Part shown: one piece after another, positions 56,852-64,000 of the stretch
How positions within the stretch are numbered: the stretch's first letter is position 1
Layout: every line of letters starts with the position of its first letter
DNA from: Arcobacteraceae bacterium
Lineage (GTDB): Bacteria > Campylobacterota > Campylobacteria > Campylobacterales > Arcobacteraceae
Reading direction: 5' to 3'
DNA length: 64,000 nt
Assembly (NCBI GenBank): GCA_963662945.1
Contig: OY759974.1
Span: forward strand, 512,001 to 576,000
The notes under the pieces: generated by a model
Told to the model about the DNA's origin: nothing
The model's database searches: none
The model's input: only the letters and a program-made list of their open reading frames with translations
Position numbers and translations under genes: made by a program

Positions 56852-58675
56852 TTAACATTTTGGCAAAATTATTTTAAATTTTGCACCTTTTTGCTGTACA
56901 CCATTATGAGAAAATTCGATATTTTCAACGCTTAATGTACCATTGATTTTTTCTATAATCTGTTTTGACATATATAAACCAATTCCTGTTCCTTGTCCAT
57001 TTGCCTTAGTTGTTATATTTGCATCAAAAATTGTATTTATGATTTCTTCTGGTATTCCTCCCGCATTGTCTGTAACGGTAATTGTCACAGTTGAGTCATT
57101 CTCAAAGAAATTAAAAATAAGTTTTCTATTTTTTATATTATTTTGTATAAATGCATCTTTTGTATTATTGATAAAATTAATAAATACATGTTTGAATTCA
57201 GCTTGAAAAATCTCATATTTCAGATCTTTATCCACATCAACAATAACATCAATATTATTCATATTTAATAAACTTTTATTAATTTGAAGAACTGACTCAA
57301 TAAGCTTTTTAAAGGATACCAATTCTTTTTTCCCATCTGTTCTAAAAAACTTTCTAAATTCATCAACTGTTTCAATCAAATGTCTTATTTGTAAATCAAT
57401 ATCTTTCGCTGTTTTGTCTATTAATTCCTTTGGTACTGTGTCTTTAATCTCATTTTGTAACCTTAAATTACTAGAAGTAAGACTAATGACAGATAAAGGT
57501 TGTTTCCACTGATGAGCAACAGCATCCATTATTCCAGCAATAGATGCTAATTTTGATTTTTCCATCAATAAATGCTCTTTTTGTATATTTTTTTCTACCT
57601 CCTTAGCAACTCTTTCTTCCAAATTTTTATTAATATCTAACAATTCATTTCGTTTATTTTCAAGTTCATTTCCAAGACTATTAAATGACTCAGCTAATAG
57701 ACTTATTTCATCATTTGTTTTTAATTTTATCTTTTTTGTGTAATTACCTTGAGAATATTCTTCTATCTGATTTAAAAGATATTCTAAAGGATTTGTTAAA
57801 CTTTTTGAAAATATAAAAATGATAAAAAATGCAATAAATAAAATAATTACATAAATAAATATATTCATTTGAATATAAGAATTCACTAATTCTTGAAAAT
57901 ACTTATGAGGGTAACTAATTATAATATCACCATAAGGGGTCTTTGTTAAATCATACCAAGACTCTTCTTCCATAAGTTTTGACTGATGCATATTTTGCTT
58001 TTTTACAACTTCTTGCATGCTTAATTTCTTCATGATTTCCGTAACATTTGAAGAACTTGCTATATATCCTTTTTTGTCAATTATTCTTATTCTAAAATCT
58101 TTGTTTAACTCAATATAACTTCTGTGAATAAAGCTATCTATTGGTACAACAGCAAAAAATATCCCAATATCTTCACCAAAATAATTTCTTTTTAGAATAG
58201 AAAGTGCAATAACTGGTCTTTTTAATAAATCACAATATTCAATATCCGATACAAATATTTTATTTGGATTTTCTTTAAATTTTTTCATATTTTGTTCTTT
58301 TTTTTCAAACAAATGAGCTGGTATTGGATATTCCTTGTAACTTATAACAGAATCATCCTTCATAATAAAATAAATATTTGGAAAAACATCACTGTAGTTT
58401 TTAAAAAGTTCTTTAATTAATTTATCTTGTAAATTATAAGCATAAGAGTCAAATTCTCTACTATTAACTATATGATCCAAATTATCAACTTGCGTTTGGA
58501 TATAATGTTTTAATTCTTTATTATAGTAAATACTTAAAAAATGCATTTCATCTTTTATATTTTTATCATAATTGTTTTTTGTCATGTAAATATTTACACT
58601 TATTGCAACTGTAAGTGATAAGATTAATATAGCAGTAACTATTATTAAAATTTTTTTAAAAAGGGTTGTTTTCAT
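56852..58675 (-). CDS. Sensor histidine kinase (dCache-HAMP-HisKA-HATPase)
   Basis: VAHQWKQPL, NDEI..LA.SFN HAMP, DNAGG, GTGIGL. Confidence 0.92.
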   Translation of the reverse strand: MKTTLFKKILIIVTAILILSLTVAISVNIYMTKNNYDKNIKDEMHFLSIYYNKELKHYIQTQVDNLDHIVNSREFDSYAYNLQDKLIKELFKNYSDVFPNIYFIMKDDSVISYKEYPIPAHLFEKKEQNMKKFKENPNKIFVSDIEYCDLLKRPVIALSILKRNYFGEDIGIFFAVVPIDSFIHRSYIELNKDFRIRIIDKKGYIASSSNVTEIMKKLSMQEVVKKQNMHQSKLMEEESWYDLTKTPYGDIIISYPHKYFQELVNSYIQMNIFIYVIILFIAFFIIFIFSKSLTNPLEYLLNQIEEYSQGNYTKKIKLKTNDEISLLAESFNSLGNELENKRNELLDINKNLEERVAKEVEKNIQKEHLLMEKSKLASIAGIMDAVAHQWKQPLSVISLTSSNLRLQNEIKDTVPKELIDKTAKDIDLQIRHLIETVDEFRKFFRTDGKKELVSFKKLIESVLQINKSLLNMNNIDVIVDVDKDLKYEIFQAEFKHVFINFINNTKDAFIQNNIKNRKLIFNFFENDSTVTITVTDNAGGIPEEIINTIFDANITTKANGQGTGIGLYMSKQIIEKINGTLSVENIEFSHNGVQQKGAKFKIILPKC

Positions 58676-58684
58676 TGTTTAATA

Positions 58685-59494
58685 TTATAAATTTGGTAGT
58701 ACTTCATAATCACGCATAATTTGTTTTGCTTCATCTGACTTTAAAAATTCAATAAAATGCTTTGCTATTTCATTTAACTTCCCTTTATAAACCAAACCTA
58801 AAGGAGTAACTAAATTATATTTATTCATTTTAATATTCTCTAGAGTTGGTAATATACCATTATATTGAACAATGTGAAGATTAGTATTTTTAACATTTCC
58901 CATAGCTAGATAACCTATAGTATTACGATATTTAGTTAACATTGAAATCGCTTCTTGATTATAAAATGCTGTTGCCCCTACTGTTTTTTGAATATCTTTA
59001 AAACTTGGAATATTTTCTTCTAATATTGTTCTAGATGAATCACCTTGTTCTCTATGTACAATATAAATTTTGCCAATTAAACCAATATTAGGTAATTGCT
59101 CCCAGTGTGTAAGTGTTCCATCAAAAATACCAATAATATCTTTCTCTGAAAGAACATTATTTGTAATCTTGCCATTGATTACAAAAACTATAGGAGAGTA
59201 AGCAAATATTATATTTTTTAAACCTTTTTCTTTTTCTTTCTTTTTTAAAGGTCTTGCCACTCTGGCAAGTTCACAAGCATTAGCAGTAACTTTTTTTATT
59301 CCTCCACTACTTCCTACACTATTTGGAACTATGATAGAAGTATTTGGATATTTTGTTTCATATAATTTCACTAATTCTTGTAAAAGCTCTTGAGAATCTC
59401 CTGTCCCTTCAATAGTTAGTGCTTTAGTCGCTGTTACATGAGATAATAAAAGTGTATTTATAAATAGAAAAACTATTAAATTTTTAAGAAACAT
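58685..59494 (-). CDS. PstS-like periplasmic binding protein
   Basis: GSSGGI, REQGDSSR, IGY pattern of PBP-like phosphate binders; signal peptide. Confidence 0.8.
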   Translation of the reverse strand: MFLKNLIVFLFINTLLLSHVTATKALTIEGTGDSQELLQELVKLYETKYPNTSIIVPNSVGSSGGIKKVTANACELARVARPLKKKEKEKGLKNIIFAYSPIVFVINGKITNNVLSEKDIIGIFDGTLTHWEQLPNIGLIGKIYIVHREQGDSSRTILEENIPSFKDIQKTVGATAFYNQEAISMLTKYRNTIGYLAMGNVKNTNLHIVQYNGILPTLENIKMNKYNLVTPLGLVYKGKLNEIAKHFIEFLKSDEAKQIMRDYEVLPNL

Positions 59495-59684
59495 CTATAA
59501 CCTTTTAATTATTTATATTTTTAAGATTACTTGATTATACCAAAATTACTAATAAGCTTACTTAAACTTCATATATCCATTTTATTATTTTTTTAATTTT
59601 GATACAATTTGTTTCTACTCAAAAAAATTAAGTTTAATTGTAGTTTTTTTGACTATCATCTCATTTTTAAAAAAGGAATTTACT

Positions 59685-59978
59685 ATGAATATAAAAAAAG
59701 AAAAATTTAGAAAAATTGCAAAGATTGAGGGATATTCATTTTTAATACTGTTATTTATTGCTATGCCTTTAAAATATGTGTTTGGCATACTAATTGCTAC
59801 TAAAATTGTTGGGATGATTCATGGTGCTTTATGGTTAGGATACTTATATATGCAATCTGAAGCTTCAAATGAACAAAACTGGAATATCAAATTCAATATC
59901 TTTACATTTTTTATGTCGATAATACCTTTTGGTACATTTTATCTAGATAAAAAACTTCCAAAAGAAGAAACTTTATAG
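59685..59978 (+). CDS. DUF3817-like small membrane protein
   Basis: EGYSFLILLFIAMPLKY, G.IHG, IPFGTF; ATG 59685 after AAGGA. Confidence 0.8.
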   Translation: MNIKKEKFRKIAKIEGYSFLILLFIAMPLKYVFGILIATKIVGMIHGALWLGYLYMQSEASNEQNWNIKFNIFTFFMSIIPFGTFYLDKKLPKEETL

Positions 59979-62621
59979 TATTACTACTTGGTTTCTTCCA
60001 TTTCTTTTTGCATCATATAGTGCGTTATCTGCTCTTTTTATAGTAGTCTCTATAGATTCATTTTCTTCATAAATAGTTGCACCAATACTACAAGTAAGTC
60101 TCTCTACGTGTTCAAAATAATGTTTTTCAATTACAACTCTAAAATGCTCCAAAGCTTTTTCTAAACTATAGAACGAATCGACTTTTAAAATTATAACAAA
60201 CTCTTCTCCACCCCATCTTATTAAAGTATCATCAACTCTTGATACACTTTTGATTTTAGTTACTAACTCTTTAAGCACATAATCACCCACATCATGTCCA
60301 AATGTATCATTAACACTCTTAAAATGATCAATATCAAGGATAGCTAAAGCAAAATGACTATTAAATTGTTCAAATTTTTGTATCATTTTTTGATAGTTTT
60401 GTTCAAAATATTCACGATTATACGCATTGGTAAGTTTATCATGAATTGTTTTTTCCTCTAACTCAATATTTATTAACATTGTTTGACTTATATCTGTGAA
60501 ACTAATAATTTGTAAATTTTCCTCAAACTGATTAATAGTTACAGAAAAAGCATGTACTATAAAATCTTGTCCCATTATTGCAACAACTCTTTGTGAATGA
60601 GGTAAAACTTTAATAATGTCTATCCATAATTCATCATCTTTAACCTGTGCTAGACTAAAAAACTTTTCACTATCTATAAATTTTTCACAAATACATTTAT
60701 GTTGAAATTTAAAATCTTTTAAATTTTTAAATCCAAGAAAATCAAAAAATTTCTTATTGGCAAAATCAATCTCTTGACCATCTGTTAAAATTACAATATT
60801 ATCTTGAGTATCAATAAACTTATACAATTTATCGTATGCTTCTTTTTGTAATGTAATATCATTAATCATACCTTCAATATATTGATGATTATTTTTTGTT
60901 ATAATCTCAATAGAATCTTCAACCCAAATGATATTTCCATCCTTAGTAATAATTCTATATTCCAGCTTGATATTTTTTCTATCCTCTTTGATACAATTAA
61001 AAACAGCCTTTTTTATTTTTTTATAATCTTCAGGAACAATAATAGAAGAAAAAGAAAGCACTTTATTTGACTTTAATTCATTTGGTCTGTAATTTGTAAT
61101 TTTTTTAACTGCATCATTCACATACAAAATTGTAAAATTTTCATCTATTTCTCTTCTATAAACTATAGTCGGTATATGTGATACTAAAGATTCAAACTGA
61201 TCTTTAATTTTTTCTATTTTAATCTGATATATTTTTAAATTTGTGATGTCATGTACAGTTCCTAAAGACTGCACTACTTCACCTTCACTATTGAAAGTAT
61301 GATGACACTTTTCCTCTACATATTTTATCTCATTTTTTTGAGTCACAATTCTGTGTTCTATTTGATAAGATGTTTTATTTTTTACAGAATCTTGATACGC
61401 TTTAATCACTTTTTCCCTATCATGGGGATGAACATGTTCTAAAAAACTATCGTAACTTACTTTAAATTTTTTCTTATCAAGTCCAAAAATACGATATACC
61501 TCATCGCTCCAAACTAATTCATTCTCTATCGCATTAAATTCCCAAAAACCTAAATGCCCTATTTTTTGAGCTTCTTTTATAACTTTATCTTTTCGTTCAA
61601 GAATACCTTTTGCAGTATCTAAATGATATACAACATAAATTATAATTGCAGTTAAAACTAATAAAACCACTAAAAAGAATATATAGTGCTGATTGTAGTG
61701 AAAAAAAGCATTATGTTCTTTTACAACTGTTATATAAGCTACTGTTTCATTAAAAACTGCATTTTTAATCGGTAAAAATGTTATAACATAATAATTCCTA
61801 TTATATTGAGAAACAAAATTGAAAATCTCCCCCTTTGCTAATTGAGACTCTATATCATAAGACTCTATATACTTATGAAGTATCTCTTCAATAAGACTAT
61901 TTGAGCCATTTAAAATTGTTTTTTCATGATAGTATCCTTTGGTTGTAGGACATTGTACATAATTATTTTTTTCATTGTCAAAAACTTTTGATTCAACAGT
62001 AGATTTTTTGATTATAAAGTCAATATCTTTTGGCATCTCTTTTCGAAATTCATTAATAATAGTATCCATAGATACAGAAATTTCTACACTTCCTAAAAAT
62101 TCACCTTTATAACTTAGGGGATAAACAAATCGATATCCATTAAATATTCTACCCTCTTCAAATCCTGTTATTGGTTTATGATATTTATTCACATATTCTA
62201 CTGTTGCACGAATGCCTGTTAAATTATCTCCATATTTATTGGGTCTATGAAACCGTAAAAAACTTTCATTATTTTTTAAATGAAAATGAAGTTGTTTGAG
62301 TTTAAATTCCGTTAGATTACTGTTATACATAGCAAGAAGTAAATTATGAAGTTTTTTTCTAATTATATCTTGTTCTTTAGGTGTTGCACCATATACTTGA
62401 GATAACAGTGATTTGACTTCTGGAGTATCTATTTTATTAAGATAAAGAATGCTTGAATGTATTCTAAATGCTTCAACAATTGTATTATAAGATACAGAAA
62501 CTAATACTTGCTCGCCTAAAAGATGTTCTTTTTCTCTATTTTGTATTAAATTACTGACTATTGATACAAATACTGAACCAATTACAATAAAAATAACAGA
62601 ATAAAATAGTTTTTTTTTCAA
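59973..62621 (-). CDS. Diguanylate cyclase (Cache-PAS-PAS-PAS-GGDEF)
   Basis: DIDHFK.VNDTFGH..GD, RWGGEEF, AK..GRN; PAS HP.DR motifs. Confidence 0.93.
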   Translation of the reverse strand: MKKKLFYSVIFIVIGSVFVSIVSNLIQNREKEHLLGEQVLVSVSYNTIVEAFRIHSSILYLNKIDTPEVKSLLSQVYGATPKEQDIIRKKLHNLLLAMYNSNLTEFKLKQLHFHLKNNESFLRFHRPNKYGDNLTGIRATVEYVNKYHKPITGFEEGRIFNGYRFVYPLSYKGEFLGSVEISVSMDTIINEFRKEMPKDIDFIIKKSTVESKVFDNEKNNYVQCPTTKGYYHEKTILNGSNSLIEEILHKYIESYDIESQLAKGEIFNFVSQYNRNYYVITFLPIKNAVFNETVAYITVVKEHNAFFHYNQHYIFFLVVLLVLTAIIIYVVYHLDTAKGILERKDKVIKEAQKIGHLGFWEFNAIENELVWSDEVYRIFGLDKKKFKVSYDSFLEHVHPHDREKVIKAYQDSVKNKTSYQIEHRIVTQKNEIKYVEEKCHHTFNSEGEVVQSLGTVHDITNLKIYQIKIEKIKDQFESLVSHIPTIVYRREIDENFTILYVNDAVKKITNYRPNELKSNKVLSFSSIIVPEDYKKIKKAVFNCIKEDRKNIKLEYRIITKDGNIIWVEDSIEIITKNNHQYIEGMINDITLQKEAYDKLYKFIDTQDNIVILTDGQEIDFANKKFFDFLGFKNLKDFKFQHKCICEKFIDSEKFFSLAQVKDDELWIDIIKVLPHSQRVVAIMGQDFIVHAFSVTINQFEENLQIISFTDISQTMLINIELEEKTIHDKLTNAYNREYFEQNYQKMIQKFEQFNSHFALAILDIDHFKSVNDTFGHDVGDYVLKELVTKIKSVSRVDDTLIRWGGEEFVIILKVDSFYSLEKALEHFRVVIEKHYFEHVERLTCSIGATIYEENESIETTIKRADNALYDAKRNGRNQVVIL

Positions 62622-62692
62622 TACTACCTACTGTTCATTAAATTTTCTTATTTTATTATAGCAATTATAAGCCCTTAGGTCTCTTAAAAGTC

Positions 62693-63643
62693 TTAATTAC
62701 TATAGTTTTTGTTACTTATATTCTCAATAAAAACTGTTGCATAACTACTTTTCGGTAATGTGAACTCTAATTCTAAACAATTTTTATCTGCAAGAAATTT
62801 ATTTTTAATATCCTGTGGCTTTATCCATGCGTCTCTTCTATATCCCTTTTCATGAATAAATAAATCGTCATATTGTTCTTCTAAAAGTCTTGCTTTTCCT
62901 TTAGCTCTTACTATATCTCTACCTGGTAAAAGTCCTGTAACAATAGTTCTATCATATAAGTTATATACATCACCTTCTAATTCGATAAGTTTCTTTAAAC
63001 CTTGTTCTTTTGAAAGTTCGACTCTTTTTATTAACCAATCATTAAACAAATAACTTTGATATGCTAGTTTTAAAAACTTATTTAGTTTTTTATCACTTAT
63101 TATCTCTTCACCATACACAACTCTTTTTGTTTTTTCAAAACTACACTCTTGTCCAAATCTTTGAAATCCAAAATAGTTTGGCATACCGTGTTTTTGTATT
63201 TGAGAAATGGTTTGATATATTTTTGGTAACTCTTCTGGTTTTATATCTTTAAGGGTAATTTTAAATCTATTACCACTTAAATCACCAATTTTCAGTTTTT
63301 GGTCATGCTTATAAGTTTGTAATATTTTGACATTTCTACTATTTAAATGTTCTATCTCTCTACTTTTATTCATAGGTATTGAGATATATTGTGTAGTAGT
63401 TGCATTTTTATCTTTTAATCCTGCATATCCTATAAGATGTTCATCAATATCCAATGTGTTAGAGATATAACTTAAAAGTTCCCATGTGGACATTTGCTGT
63501 TTTTTAATTCGTAAAATTAAAAAACTTCCCTTATTTTTAAACTTGATACTTGGTATCTCATCAACAATAAAATCATCCTTATTTTGAGAAAAAGTAAAAC
63601 TGAGTGGTTCGTGGTCTTGTATATATAATCTTTCTGTATTCAT
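62693..63643 (-). CDS. truD: tRNA pseudouridine(13) synthase
   Basis: DF.VDE, GYAGLKDK.A.T.Q, GNRF, PNYFG.QRFG, LPK.SYAT. Confidence 0.94.
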   Translation of the reverse strand: MNTERLYIQDHEPLSFTFSQNKDDFIVDEIPSIKFKNKGSFLILRIKKQQMSTWELLSYISNTLDIDEHLIGYAGLKDKNATTTQYISIPMNKSREIEHLNSRNVKILQTYKHDQKLKIGDLSGNRFKITLKDIKPEELPKIYQTISQIQKHGMPNYFGFQRFGQECSFEKTKRVVYGEEIISDKKLNKFLKLAYQSYLFNDWLIKRVELSKEQGLKKLIELEGDVYNLYDRTIVTGLLPGRDIVRAKGKARLLEEQYDDLFIHEKGYRRDAWIKPQDIKNKFLADKNCLELEFTLPKSSYATVFIENISNKNYSN

Positions 63644-63714
63644 TTTTGGATTATACAGTTAATATACTTTTATTCTATGGTATAATTCTAAACTTTTAAA
63701 TAGTAGGGATAAAG

Positions 63715-64000
63715 ATGACTAATAAAAAAATTGTTGGGAAAAGAGAACTTATATCTATTATCGATTTAGAATTGTTTGATTTAGATGCAAAAGTAGATAC
63801 AGGTGCTGATTCAAATGCGTTACATTGTGACCATATTGAAATTGAAGGGGATAAGGTAAGTTTTACACTTCTTGATGAAGTTCATGAAGCTTACCATGGA
63901 AAAAGAATGACTTTTCCAATTTATAAAATAAAAAAAGTAAAAAGTTCAAATGGTCAAGTACAACAAAGACCTGCAATAAAAGTAAGTGTAAATTTTATGG
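63715..64000 (+). CDS. RimK-associated retropepsin-like protease (RimB / ATP-dependent zinc protease family), 3' truncated
   Basis: MTNKKIVGKRE...AKVDTGADSNALHC...VKSSNG...RP; TGGTATAAT promoter upstream. Confidence 0.8.
   Translation, partial: MTNKKIVGKRELISIIDLELFDLDAKVDTGADSNALHCDHIEIEGDKVSFTLLDEVHEAYHGKRMTFPIYKIKKVKSSNGQVQQRPAIKVSVNFM

Overview
AT-rich bacterial chromosome segment. Gene content and order (bamA-mqnC-M16, cbpA-hspR, ribBX, Campylobacter-type recO, mlaA-mlaC-MMPL) point to Campylobacterota, probably a free-living Arcobacteraceae-like lineage (inference). The window is mostly housekeeping genes, plus a [NiFe]-hydrogenase maturation (hyp) cluster with extra genes inside it, tRNA-Gln and tRNA-fMet, and several orphan sensor kinases. 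Main points of interest: (1) a chromosomal integron between thrC and pdxJ, with intI, attI, three cassettes, two complete attC sites and one truncated attC, followed by an inverted pair of REP-like hairpins showing a compensatory base change; (2) a full-length GluRS2-like ORF that has lost its catalytic motifs (HISN for HIGH, no KMSKR, RGEDH replaced by QEEEQ), two genes upstream of an intact GlnRS-YqeY fusion; (3) a stand-alone topoisomerase C-terminal zinc-ribbon repeat protein; (4) an unannotated 45-aa ORF behind the tRNAs; (5) four genes with leaderless-promoter architecture; (6) a heptamer repeat inside a signal-peptide region; (7) solute-binding-protein/kinase pairs with no transporter or response regulator. 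All family calls come from motif recognition by eye; no database searches were run.
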